A stretch of DNA of 54,201 bases, the filler included, from Sphacelaria rigidula (taxonomy: Eukaryota), in assembly GCA_964200075.2 (NCBI GenBank). It is 4 parts of 4 records of this genome, joined end to end, with 100 filler letters (N's around TTAATTAATTAA, not from the genome) between each part and the next. Parts side by side here need not be neighbours in the genome. Positions count along the whole stretch, not along the records: positions 27,155 to 40,628 come from CAXNAA020002858.1; positions 40,729 to 54,201 come from CAXNAA020002859.1; 2 more parts are not named here. One strand, 5' to 3'. Shown in pieces: positions 38,663-51,300 of this stretch (position 1 is its first letter; every line of letters starts with the position of its first letter). A program made the translations under genes and the position numbers. Under the pieces are notes generated by a model that was not told the DNA's origin, did not search any database, and saw nothing but the letters and a program-made list of their open reading frames with translations.

Positions 38663-39358
38663 AACAGCAAATAACAATTCCCCGAGGGGCGCTATTCTTC
38701 CACTACCCTGCTTACTTCCGCGTCACAGCGTTCGTTAAGGGTACCCAACTTGTGGCCTTGCCCGTCCGCTCGTGTGCATGCGGAGTGAGACCACGGTTCG
38801 CTTTTGTTGCCTCAATGTTTTTGTTCTCAGCGTCCAATGCGGCGTGCAGTGCTTGAACGGAGTCTGGAACTTAGCCTTCATACTTCATATTGTTCTTCAT
38901 TCAGTCGCCGCTCTGCTCGATGATCTTGGCAACGTCTGGCGCCCCCAGCATGGAGAATGTTGTAAAAGCAAACATTGCCCCGGACAACAACATGCAACAA
39001 GACTAGTTCCGGGGCGCACACCATTGCAGTTGTTGCATAATATCCCGTTGAAAACACGTGTCATCTTGTCACCTACCTACGCGCGAGAAAACTACTTCAA
39101 CCGTCCGCGTTACGCGGTGGGATTGCCTCGTACATGTCTACCACAAATACCGAAAAACGGAGGCGATACCGAGGATTGAGCCTTACAATAAACTGCGTCT
39201 CGAAGAATAAGCTTTCGACCATATTCAACCTCGATACTAGCATCACGGTGGTTGTTAATTTGTGACGTTATTACCGCCCGCATATGTTTTTCTCCAACGC
39301 AAATTTCACCGTGGAACGTGAGACCAAAAACTTCGCCTCTCCGACTTCCTGATGGCTC

Positions 39359-39716
39359 CACAGGCACCGTAGGTGAGGTGGGTACCAGGGACCGATATTT
39401 GGGACATCTCATACCCTACCGATACCGGTCCAATCGGGCATTTTCGAACGCCATACCTACGATACCTACGATATCCACGATACCACGGTATTTCGAGATG
39501 CCGACACCTACCGCACCCGCTCGATCGGGTATTTTCAAATGTCATGCCTATGATGCCAACGATACCACGGTATTTCGAGATTTCAATACCTACTGTACTC
39601 GCTCATTCAGCTATTTCAATACGCACACCTTCGATACTCACGCATACCACGGTGTGGGATACCCTGGTATATACCGGGGGTACGCTCGGTACGGTACTTT
39701 ACCTACGGTTCCCGTG
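39359..39716. mobile_element. Putative old MITE with internal gatacc(t)ac repeats
   Basis: Imperfect TIR cacaggcaccgtaggt / acctacggttcccgtg. No clear TSD. Confidence 0.5.
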
Positions 39717-40628
39717 TTCGATTGACTCGACTCACCCAGTCACTCAGATCTCAGGTAATAGTCGTTTCGCTTGGCTTTAGTTTATTCCACCATTAACTAC
39801 TCGAGTGTAGTATGGCGCAGTGACAAACACCAGAGCCATTTTGAACCACTTGAATAGAGTAGGGGCCGAGTGTTGGGTAGTCTAAATTTCACCAGGGTTA
39901 CTACCTTGACTATTACAACGACGTGCTACTCCATGCAAACTGTTTCAACTGTTCGATCAGGGTAATGTGAAGACCCGCTAGTGCGAGGCCAGTGCCTTGA
40001 AGCCCCTCAGGATCCAGGCCACCCACACAGCCACATCTGCGAGGGTCCCGCAATACTCGGCCCTTCCCCACAAGCTTGTCTGCACACGCCTCATCCCTGA
40101 CCTCCCGTGTAAAGGTTCGGTCAAATCCCGCGGAGGTGTAACTGGCGTTCACAGGAAAGGGCTTCAATAAAACGGTGAAAAAAACACCATTTTGTGGGGG
40201 GGGGGGGGAGGGGGAAGGTGCCTGAGAAAAAACAAGCGATCGCCCTGTCCTTGAACCTTTTGCGTATTCATGTGCTAGACATACCGAACAACACGAAACC
40301 CCATGTGCAACATCAGGTGACGACTGATGAACAACTAGGCATCATTTTCGAGATATCCTCCTCCAACCACACGTCATTCTTTACCGACGCCGGCAGACGC
40401 ACATACTCCTCTAACGTACATGCATTACGAACGCACACAGCTCGAATGTTCACCTCATTAATGGCAATCTCCCAGATGATCACCCTACCAACGCACACAG
40501 TCGAGGTAAACACCGCTTAGATTCTTTTTTTGTTCCCGTCATACCTTTAGTCCCCCCCCCCCCCCCCCCCCGGCAAAAACCAACAAAAAGCCAAAAAACC
40601 CACGTAGATGTATGGAGGGGGGCCAACC

Positions 40629-40728
40629 NNNNNNNNNNNNNNNNNNNNNNNNNNNNNNNNNNNNNNNNNNNNTTAATTAATTAANNNNNNNNNNNNNNNN
40701 NNNNNNNNNNNNNNNNNNNNNNNNNNNN
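40629..40728. other. Artificial contig-joining spacer
   Basis: Same 100-bp N/TTAATTAATTAA/N linker. Confidence 0.97.
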
Positions 40729-40872
40729 GATGCGCCAGAAGAACCGGTGATGGCGGGTAGTGGGCAGGGGGTTGGTGGGGGGGAGACGCGCGGAAAATGA
40801 TCTAGCTTATGATCCGGATCAGTAATTGAGGGGAAATAATTTTCAGACGGATCATGATCTGTCCGACGTGTG
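40729..40872. mobile_element. Right end of a cacacgtcggac TIR family element, cut by the contig start
   Basis: gacggatcatgatctgtccgacgtgtg matches the TIR of 25323-26401. The left boundary is arbitrary. Confidence 0.5.
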
Positions 40873-41130
40873 TTTTTTTCAATAAAAGACTGCGAGTAAT
40901 GACATGGGCCAGTATGGCGCGAGTGGCTGGAGGGGCGATGAGGACATAAAACGGCATACAGCCCATGGTTTACCCCGATTGTACTCCTGCAGGAAGGAGG
41001 GGAGCTACCATCCCTCTCAAGGCGTACACACTGGGGAAGATAAACACGTTGGTGAAGAGTATGCCACCTCACTATCCTAAATAGGTTTGTGGGTGTTACC
41101 AACATTTTAGTCGACACCTGCGGAACTTTT

Positions 41131-41686
41131 CAAGGTTGTGTTTTGTAGGGTAAGGGTATGTTCTGTAGGGTATGAGACTCCTCACAGAACTCACAGAAAT
41201 ATCGGGTACCGGTATGAACGTCTTACAGAAATTACACAACTGTCGGGTACCGGTTTGAAAGTCTCCAAGAAATTACAGAACTTGTCGGGTACGATCTGGG
41301 AGGCTTACGAAAAGCCGTACCGGCAATCGGGTATATCTTTACGGGCATACCCGCGCTCCAGGTACGGGCATAGATTATGTACAGAACTCACAGAACTGTC
41401 GGGCAAGGGTATGGAAGGCGTACAAAACTCACAGAAACTGTCGGGCAGGGTACGAAGGCTGCACAGAAAACCTTACCCGCAGCCGGGTATCTGATCAAGA
41501 TCATATCCGTGCCCCCGGTAACGGTACGGGAAGCATACAGAACTCACAGAACTATCAGGTAAGGGTATGTCAGTCTAACAGAGACTACAGAACTGTCGGG
41601 TATCGGTATAAAAGTGCCGGGTACGGTAATACCCGGAAAAATACCCCGGGTATACCAAAAACCGTACCCTGCAGAACACAACCTCG
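41131..41686. mobile_element. Non-autonomous hAT-like element, 556 bp
   Basis: TIRs caaggttgtgttttgtagggta / taccctgcagaacacaacctcg. Perfect 8-bp TSD GAACTTTT at 41123-41130 and 41687-41694. Internal acagaactgtcggg repeats. Confidence 0.85.
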
Positions 41687-41773
41687 GAACTTTTGGTGCA
41701 AGGTATTCAAACGTTTCAGTACGACACGGGAAAATAAAATAACGATGGAGTTTTTCTTCGCTTCAAGTTTCTT

Positions 41774-42006
41774 CAAGGTTTGTTCGTTCTGCAGGAGGTA
41801 TACAAGTTGAAATTCGGATATTTACGTAAGTATAAAAATAAAAATAAATGGCGGTAAATATCCTTCCGAACCATTACTGGATTGTTCGGAGCAAGGCTCT
41901 CGATACCCCGCCGGCATGCCGGAAAATTCGGTACACAATCCGGTATGGCTTAGTAAACCAGCCAAAAAAAAACGCTTCCGGATATGCCCTGCAGAACACA
42001 AGCTTG
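41774..42006. mobile_element. Short degenerate MITE of the same caaggttgtg TIR family
   Basis: Ends caaggtttgttcgttctgcagg and ccctgcagaacacaagcttg. Confidence 0.55.
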
Positions 42007-42594
42007 ACTGATTATTTTCCCCGTCACATTTTCAGCCCCTTCCCTTCCTCGGGATGAGAGCGTGGTCTCAAAGGGATCAATCGACTAACCTATCTTTCTC
42101 CCCCGCGGTACATGTCTCCGTCTCGAAAGGGATGCGTGGTCAACGGCCAAACGACTGAGGCAAGCAACAAATGAGTACACGCCCCACACGCTACCAATCG
42201 GAACATCCTGTGCGCTCATATCGGTTGTTGATTGTTGATAATGTCCTTAGTCGGTGGCTCTGCTGTGCTCACTGGTGTGTGTCTGTGTCTACTCTGCTGC
42301 CCTGAATCCCTTGGGCCTTTTCCTTCTTTTTATTTATGTCTTCCCTTTTTTCTCATAGTTTCATTGTATCTTATTTCATTTGCTGTGAACTTTCCTCTCC
42401 TTTTCCTTTTTTCCTCGTTTTAGGTCGGCCATTTCTTTCTGTGCTTTGCTTGTGTTGACTTCTTGTATTACTTTTTTTTTTTTCTGGCACGACTTAGTCT
42501 GCTATGTCGTTCTGTTCGACCCCTCTTTTATTTTTATTTTCTGTCCCTTCTTTTTTTCTCAGAGCGTATTTCAGTTTCGTTCTTGTTGGGTACA

Positions 42595-42671
42595 TCTATC
42601 ATGTGACCACGGCTGGACCCCTGGGGGGTCACTTAAAGTGCGACAATCAATCAACCAATCAAATCAATCAA
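42595..42671 (+). mobile_element. 3' end of a LINE/SINE-like retroposon with an (AATCA)n tail; other copies at 46935-47000 (+), 38245-38300 (+) and 44153-44225 (-)
   Basis: gaccacggctggacccctggggg.tca.ttaaagtgcgacaatcaa(a)tcaa recurs, and the conserved end is followed by a short tandem tail. Confidence 0.6.
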
Positions 42672-42978
42672 CGCTTCGGGCCGAACAATCTTAGCAGGAT
42701 CCAGCTCACCCTTCATGCGACTCGTCGAACACACCACGGCGCTTCGCGCTTGGTGATTGATTGCGAGCCCGGTCTCTGGTGAATTCCCGGCGTGCTCCGT
42801 CCCGGCTTTGTAGAGATGCGAGGTCAATGATCTGATGAATATGGCATGCAAGATCATGAGTACCCCTCCCCCTCCCCGTGTATATGCTCTGTCTCGAGAG
42901 GGATGCGTGGTCAAAGGTCAAACAACCAAGGCAAGCAACAAATGAGTACCCCCCCCCCACCCCCCCCTCCCCTCCCCC
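42672..42978 (-). repeat. Dispersed G-tract-bounded repeat family, copy 2; related subrepeat at about 42020-42195
   Basis: Reverse complement of the core of copy 1 (cttcatgcgactcg, gatgcgaggtcaatg, gcaagatcatgagtacccc). Confidence 0.7.
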
Positions 42979-43504
42979 GGTACAAGCCGTACAGTTCTTG
43001 TATCGAGGACCGGATCAGCAGTACCCCCCCGTCAGTTCAACTCTCGTCAAACAATGACAACACACAGTGAAGTGTCGTGACACAGACACATGATCAAGTT
43101 ATTGTGGCAAGTATTTGCTCTAATGTAGTGGCACCAGCAGGCAGGCCTGAGAGGGTGAAGACACTCATGAGGGTGTTTACGCCCTTCTACACTACCGATC
43201 GCCTACGCATTGGGATTGCTGAAAGTACAGTTTTGCCCCAGAGCGCCGTACAGCGTTGCTGCTGTTGTTGTTGTTGTCGTTGTAGTTGAAGGGTTCGGTA
43301 CATGCACGCTCGCTTGTTGGCGTTCAACATTTTGAATTGATCGGAAAACTGTCGAGGTCGATTCAAAGCCCGTATATGGCCCGAAGCCAACATGCATATA
43401 GATTACGCCGCCGCTCCATTATACAATAGTACACCGCAGAAGCACACCATTACGTAGCGCCAGCGGACAGGTATGAAGAGGATGACGACAGCCACAGCGC
43501 TTAC

Positions 43505-43569
43505 GTAGTGCGACAGTACATACACGCGTTTGCCTCTCGGAGTTGGATCCGCAGGGCAATATAATCGAC
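43505..43569 (-). CDS. Candidate further 3' exon of the ATRIP-like gene (VDYIALRIQLREANACMYCRT)
   Basis: Good acceptor (tttgcagcag) and donor (gtaag), and in frame with the phase-0 donor at 45652. No homology support. Confidence 0.3.
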
Positions 43570-44618
43570 CTGCTGCAAACGACACGCTGCCAAGAACACA
43601 TGGCGAAGCCTGTACAGGTACCGATCAAAACTTCTGTTTTATTATAAGTCCAGCACATGGCCCTCAGCCAATATGCATGTAGAAGGCGTCGCTACTCTAC
43701 ACATAGCCAACCGCAATATCATGCTTTCCCCGCACTGTGTGTATCTGCAATCTCCAATCGCAAACAGCATAACCAATACCTCTCCAGATCTGAACAGGGA
43801 AAACAGCCAGCAGGGACAACGGAGAGGGACTCACAGTATGTACAGCAAGCACCAGAAAAGATTCCCAAGGGGTTTCCACATTTGCTTTTTCTCAGGGGGG
43901 AGATGCGTTTGTGTCCCATGTTACGTATATCACGCCGGGTGGGAGATATATACTTTCAAGACAGGTTGCCCTGTACCCCCCTTCATATTTGAGGTAAAAG
44001 TAGACTCCCACTTTGCCCTCAGATTTGCAAATTTGCCGATTTGCGAAATCCACCCACCCCCCCACAGTGTGCTCCAATCGGAGAGCATAGACCCATCTAC
44101 ACACCCAAATCAACCTATCTACACACTAACCCAGCCCACCCAATATATTTTTATTGATTTGATTTGATTTGATTTGATTTGATTTGATTGTCGTACTTCA
44201 GCCGATCCCCGATTCACATGTGGTCATTATGCACATAATAGACGTACCCGAGACAACAAATAAACAAAAACATTCGCTGAAGAAAAGTGAAAGAAAAAAA
44301 AAGCATCAAAGGTAGAACAGACGAAATAGAGTAGACTAAAAGAAAAGAGAAAAAAATATATGAAAAAAAAAAAAACACAAAGACAAAGCGGAAGCTTTCG
44401 AAATCTGTACGCTCAGATCTGATGACACAGACCTCCCTCCCAGCTACCCAACCTAGCCACCCAGCCCCGAGCATTTGCACTTGTTTTGTTACGGATGTAT
44501 TTTACATTCTTGAACAAACTCCTATCATCAAACAAAGTCTTGTTTGCTACCCACGCTCTCACGTTATTAACGGGCCGAAATCAGATAGTTTATAATCACG
44601 ACAATGTTGACAAAATTC

Positions 44619-44793
44619 CACACCTTGGACAAAATATGGTCAATATAATAGTTGCAATAGACAAGCAACGTACTGCACAAAGTATAGGCCTATTGCGACC
44701 ATTGTCGGCCGGCAATGGTTGCAATAGGCCTATACTTCGTGCAGTACACTTCTCGTCTATTGCATCTATTGACCATATATTGTCCAAGGTGTG
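44619..44793. mobile_element. 175-bp palindromic hAT-like MITE
   Basis: TIR cacaccttggaca/tgtccaaggtgtg with perfect 8-bp TSD CAAAATTC. The palindrome continues to the centre (gtcggccggc). Confidence 0.85.
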
Positions 44794-45222
44794 CAAAATT
44801 CCAAACTGGAAGCACCTGGTTGGAATCGAAACTATACGTTTTTTTCAACCAACCGATGTCGACCGTTATCAATAGACCGTCGAGATGCGGCGGTTACTCT
44901 ATGGTTGAAAATCGATGGTACACACCGCAGTGGATGTATAACTGTACTTCAAGCGTTTTGGGATTTCAACGCGACTTCACCCGAAATAGTTTGACCTCGA
45001 ACGTATAAGCCTTGGGGCTGGATTCTAAAAATTGGCAGGGGGAGGGGCAGGCAGGGGAGGCTGACATAATGAAATACTACAAGGGTGTTGCGCCGCATAG
45101 CCCCGCAGCGTTGGTCATATTCTCACAATTTGATGAATGAACTAAAGATTTATATTGTCACCAGCGCCATGCCATGGCGTCCGACGCAACAGTGTATTAT
45201 TTTTTTGATTCCACAATCGCTG

Positions 45223-45576
45223 GGCCCGGTGGCTTGGTCGGTAACCGCGAAACCTTCTGACGGTTGGGACGTGGGTTGGGATTTCGGTGAAGTCACAAGA
45301 TCTGTGATTTTTTCTCACGTCATGCCCAGCAGTGGAGAGCGACTATGTCGTGGGAACACAGTAGTCGACTTCGCGGTCGACGAGCGGAAAGACATTGCTG
45401 AACTCTTCTCGCAATGAAAAAGAAGGCAGACACTGCAGAAGGAAGGTGGATGACAAGAAAAAAATATATAATGTGTTCGCCTTCCTCCCGTGTGACCCCA
45501 CAGCTGATGCGCCCACATATACCGAAAGGTGTAGACTGGCGTCCAGAATAGATGGAATGACCACACATATACACAC
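45223..45576 (+). mobile_element. tRNA-derived SINE-like element, full-length copy
   Basis: ggcccggtggcttggtcggtaaccgcgaaaccttctgacggtt...ggagagcgactatgtcgtggg...ccgaaaggtgtagactggcgtccagaatagatgg followed by a CA tail. Confidence 0.75.
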
Positions 45577-45651
45577 CAGTAGAGTATTTGGTGGTCGCAA
45601 ATGTCACCGGCCGAAGGGCACGGCACCCATGTACTGTACCACCCCACTCAC

Positions 45652-48266
45652 CATGGTATTGAACATTCCGGCACCCTGCGCCATATCCTTGAGGGGCAAC
45701 GGCGCATGCGTCGCCAGCGCCCAGAGGAGCTGAAACGCCTCCTTCAGCAAGCGGGCTCGATCAGACAACACGGGATTCGTCTGACGAGATGGAGACACCC
45801 CGAGAGCCCCGACGAGGGACGGAGGGGGGACAGGATGACGGGACGGGAACTGGGTTAGGGTGAGTAACGAGGGCAAGGGCAATCAAAATAGATAAATCGT
45901 ACTATATCTCACCATGTTCTCTTTCAGTCAGACACCATTATTTGAAGTCTTATTATCTACGTGAAAAAATACACATGCATACATCCTCCGCGCCAACCCT
46001 CTCACACCCGACCCATCCAGACACAGACCTGTTCGTATCGTCGCCTCTCCCAATCCTCCAACTCGAGACGAACAAAGTTCACAAGGGAAGGAACAAGCCC
46101 CCACACCCCACCATCGCGCCGGCCACCGCTCGGGTGTCCATCTTCTCCGAAGAGGGGCCTCGCGGCATCCGCACCGTACCTCTGGCACGCACAAAAGGCT
46201 AGCCTAATTATGGACAAGCGAAGCCCGACATCCTGCGTGTGCGTAGGGGGGCGGGGCGGGCGGGGGTTCTCATGATCTTGATGCCATGACCAAAAGGCCA
46301 TTGACCCCGCATCCCTACAAAGCCGGCACGGAGTACGCCAGGATTTCGCCGGACTAGGCACGCAAGCACCAAGGGCGAAGCGCCGCGATGTGTTCGATGA
46401 GTCGCATGAGGGGTGACCTGCATCCCGCTGAGATTGTTTGGCCCGAACCGTACTAATGATCGTGCAGAAGGATAACAGCCTCGAATGAGTTGCTTCAATT
46501 TCAGCCAGGGGTTACAAGCTGCCTCATGGATGTCCTAACATTTGAACACTACGCAGGACGATCATCCCCTTTCCGGAATTCAGATTCTCCACCCCGCACA
46601 ATATGATCTAACTTGATAACCATCGGGGGGTGCGGGGGGGGGGGGGGGGGGGGGGGGGGGGATGTTCGCTACGACAAACTATTGCGGGGGCGTAGGTGCA
46701 CGAATACTTGTGCTTCTGGGGATTGATCATGGGTGGTGCGCAGTATTTTTTTTTACTGTCTATCGGGACCAAGAGAGACCGACCAGCTTCCTCAACCTCT
46801 ACGAGACTACAGCTAAAGTTTGCCTCGTGGACGAGTGACCTTCAACAACCTAGAGGACCAAAGTAAGCGATTGCCTTTCGGGCTTGCTCGATTATCGAGG
46901 TATGTATGTATATATATATATATATAACATACTGGTGTCCATCATGCGACCACGGCTGGACCCCTGGGGGTCAGTTAAAGTGCGACAATCAAATCAAATC
47001 GATCAGAATGGTGATGCTGAAGCAAGTGGCACGAACACACATGGAAAAAAAAAAAAGGATTCGAGCGAGGCATCGAGTGAACGGTATCCACGCTCATGAA
47101 CCAAAACCCGACCTCTGGATAGTGACGGACAACAGCACAATCTACTGGAAGAAGAGACAAGGAGACCTCATCTCGAAAAACCTTCATGTACAACTGGCGG
47201 TATACTCCGAGGTCCTTCGACCCTTTTTTTCCTCTCGATTTTTCTGGGTAATTGTAGCAACGAGAACCCTCTGTATGGAAAACAAACGGGCCAGCAGTAT
47301 GCAAGGGAGCAAGGAGGGGCTGCTTCCCTTCGTCATCGCACACTCGGACAGCGACGAGGTTATCGAATTTCCAACGCTCCACCAACCACGAGATACTACA
47401 AATACAGCGATGACGACCCACCTCCCCCAATAAAAAAAGAGCTATGCCAACGACGTCTCCAGACACACGCCGGCTCACAAATGAAAATGATTAACCTTGA
47501 ACAGCGACACCGACAGCCACCATCAACAAAAAACGCGGTTACATGTCAAAGACAACCATAACATAAACAGAACAACACCCACACCGAATAACCATCCCTC
47601 CTCCCCCTGCCCCCCCTGCTCCCCCCCGTCCCGCGAAAGCCACCACACTCACCTCCCCGAAGATCGCATGCTCCCCAACGGCCACGGCATCCAAGCACAG
47701 CCGCCGCAACAGCGACTCCCCCACAAAATCCCCATACCGCCCTCCGCCGACGTCAGCAGCACTAGCGCCGCCTCTCACCCCTACAGGCGGCGTGGGCGGA
47801 GCGGTAGCTTCGGTAGCCGCGATGGACTTTGATGCAGACGCTGCTGCCTTGCGGCCTGGGTGACAGCTGCCGCTCGCAGCGGCGGCGGCGGTAGTAACGC
47901 CGTGTGATAACTCCGCTATATTCGGGTACGGCAGCGGGTCGTCGTCCGGGCCGTCGTTGGCGGGGGTTGCCGCAATTTGATGGAACAGGGCTGCGTTGCG
48001 GGAGAGGATAGCGAGGACCTGGGCTCCCAGCTCCTGCCATGATATGAATGCATGCGCAGAGTATAGTACCGAGGATAAGAAGCCAACATGCGAGAGTGTA
48101 GCTGCGTTGGTGTTTGTAGTAGTAGTCGTAGTAGTAGTCGTAGTAGTAGTAGTAGTAGTAGTATTGGTGTACAGTCAGTAGTACGAGTTTTGTTCGGTTT
48201 GGGAATTGACCCTTTTTCGCAATTCAGCCTAGCAGTCAACGGTTTGCGAATTGGGCGTGGGTATGT

Positions 48267-48304
<38 letters not shown>

Positions 48305-51300
48305 ATGAATAAATGAAAAAAGTAAAAATAAAGAGAAGAGAAGGAAAGAAAAAGAAAAATAAAAAGAAAAAGAAAAGAGAATAAATATAATTGTATTACG
48401 TGCGGAAAATGTCGCACGAGATGATGGCACTGCAGTCATCGCAGTACGATCGTTTGTTTTTCCTCGTGTCTTTGTGACACCCTACGTACACGACGTCAAT
48501 TTAGAGGCGGGTATTCGCAATCGACAGTAAAAGCACGAGTGACGATGCTACTGTATGAAACAGCTAGCGAAGCTAAACCATCTCCAAACGCTTCGCGGCC
48601 AAAAGATGGGCTAAAAATCGGCGTGGCAAAAACCGACAAAATGAACGCCGCGTGCCGCCGACAGCGCTGCAAAAAAGGAGCAGTGTATTGAAAACGTGTT
48701 GTCGAGCTCGCTCACCCAGGTGGAAAGGTGGATGTCGGACATCATGACCTCGTGAAAGCTGTCACCGTCCAACAACTCAGCCCATACTTCCAAACCTGCC
48801 CCGTCCACATCCCGTATCGCACTCTGGACCGCCTAAGATTATCACGTGAGAAGGCAAAACATGGGCGAATGCACAGAACAAAAAAGGAAGAAAAAAAAAG
48901 GCGAAGAAAGCCTGATGCATCACTTCAAGTCACACTCGTCAAATGAAGAGCCAACAAAAACCTGTAAGGCGTACACCGCAGTATGATCTGGGGTCTCAAC
49001 AAAATATAGGTCGTGTGTGAGATTGTCCCTGACAAGCAAACTGTTCATTGCTTTTGAGGCTGAGATAGAATCTTAGGGGAGGCAGACACGAGTCACCGCT
49101 GAAAATGGCAAACACGCCGATTCATTGCCGACGAGGAAAAGGGAATAGAGGAGGAGGAATATTTCACGCCCATGAGACTGCTTGCCTGAGATCCCGGACG
49201 ATCGCAGCACCTCTAACGTCCCCGTGGCTCTCTAAAAGAAGTCAGGTGTGCGTATGCATCGGGTTGACAGTTTGGCGGAGTAAAACACCCCTCGCCATGA
49301 AAATCAGATTGTCTGTCATCATATCAAATATGAAGAAGTAAACGTTCCTCCTTCGCGACTGACGACAGTACCAACACAGGAAAATCAACCCCCTACCAGC
49401 GTGGACTTCTTTTGAGAACAGCGATCGCTGCAGGGCTAAAAAAACAAGGTATCTGCTCTGCTCAACGTACCCGTAGACAAGCCTCCACCAGCGGGGGGCA
49501 GCCGCAGTACACCCCTCGGTGAAACACCGAGATCAGATGTCCTTTCAGCCGAGTCCCCAGCTCCTCTTCTCCTCTCCTCCCTGACCACCCCAGTCCGTCC
49601 TTCCTCGTGTCGAACGACGCCGGTCCACCGATCGTTGCCGCTGTTGATGCTGATGCTGCATACGAAACGCCGGCTATGTTGGCGACGGCCTTCGGAAGGT
49701 CCTCCGAAGGCACCGGCTCGCCGGCAATGAATACAGTACACGGTGGTGCTTGCTGGTGGCGGGTTCTTTTCATCGGCCCTTGGTCGCCGGCAACAGTAGC
49801 AGCGGAGGAGGTGGATGAGCCCCCCACGCTGACATCGCCGTTGTCGCCTACACTCTTGTCACCGTTGCGATCGGCTTCCCGGGCGGCGGGGAGAACGCGG
49901 CGATCGGCGGGTGCAACAGCATCATCGTCGCCATCACCATCTCCCGACCCCGACCGCCGTCGCTTCTTCCCCTTTCCCTTGCCACCAGTGGCACACGAGT
50001 CTGAACCACCTCCAGCAGCTACTGCCGCCGCGGCCGGCAGACATACAGCAGCAGATTCGATTGCCGTCGCGAGCGACATCGGCCGCGGCGACATGGTTGT
50101 CCCGTTGAGGAGGTCGCGCGGTGCCCCTCCAGCGGCTACCGCGGCGGCCGCCGCCGGGGAGATGGAGAGAGTGCGGTGGATCAATCTCACCGCACTCACG
50201 AGAAGCTCCAGGTCATCTTCCTGAGGAAAGTATTTTCGGGCGGGGGTAGATTGCATGAACAAGGGCGAGAGGGTACGCAGGGTCGTGAGGATGTGACAGA
50301 GTGCTCGTTACCGTGCGTAGTGCCGATGCAACGTGCGGTCAAGATTTGACTAGTAGCGTTGTATAATGAAAATATATTTAGGAACTGTCCCCCCGCCCCC
50401 CGACTGCCCCACCCGCATCCTCGGCCTCCTCACCGACTCTCCGGGTAACTCTTCCAGGAATGCCGTGAGAACGTCCAACAAATCTCCCGCACACGCCTTT
50501 CCCTCGACCAATGCCACCATGCAGGTAAACAAATTGGAGGACAAAGAACGAAGCGTATTGCTTCTCTCGCTCTGTTCATCAAGAAAGACACCGCCGTACA
50601 CTGCTCTCCTGCCCTCGCCACTAGCGCTCAAAAACTGTCGGGGGCTGAGATTTGCGTTTCCCCAGTTAGCATCGTACAAGCCCGCATCCGTAGACGGCAA
50701 TTCGCCATCGACTTGTCTCCAGCTGCCGCCGCCGCCGCGCGCCGCATACTCGGATGATAATTCGCTACTCCTCGCCCGCACATCTAGCGCTGATGAGCGT
50801 ACCGGAGTGAACGCAAGGGACAGCGGGGACGTGCCCCTGAATTCACCCTTTCGCCACGCCATCGGCCCGCCTTCCGGTCTGCTGCCATTTGTTTTCCTCG
50901 TGGCGTCGCCGCCGTCGCCCAAGTCACCGACGCCGTTATCCCGTGTGCGCACGGGAGAAGTGGGACCACGAGCATCAGTCGAAGAAATGCGGTCGGCGAG
51001 TCCGCGCTGCTTCGGCTCAGCCTCAAAGGGGGAGCGCAACCAAGGCTCGTCCCCGTTGCCGTCGCCTCCGGCGTAGCTCTCAGCTCCGTCGCCAAAATCG
51101 TCTCCTGCCATGCTTCCTAACCCCACTCCCCAGGGGTGCAGAGCTCCGCCCCCGTCCGACGCCTTGAGCAGCACCATCACTTCGTCTGGTGAGCCTGACA
51201 GAATGATCTCGGCTAGTGTAACAGCAAAAGGCGGCCACTCCGTATCCATGTCGTTGCCTCTCGTCGATCTCGCGGTGCGGCGCCGCCGCGCGGAAGCTTT

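Noticed and set aside
39913..40520. Possible degraded retroelement coding fragment
   Set aside because: No RT, RNase H, integrase or endonuclease motif could be identified.
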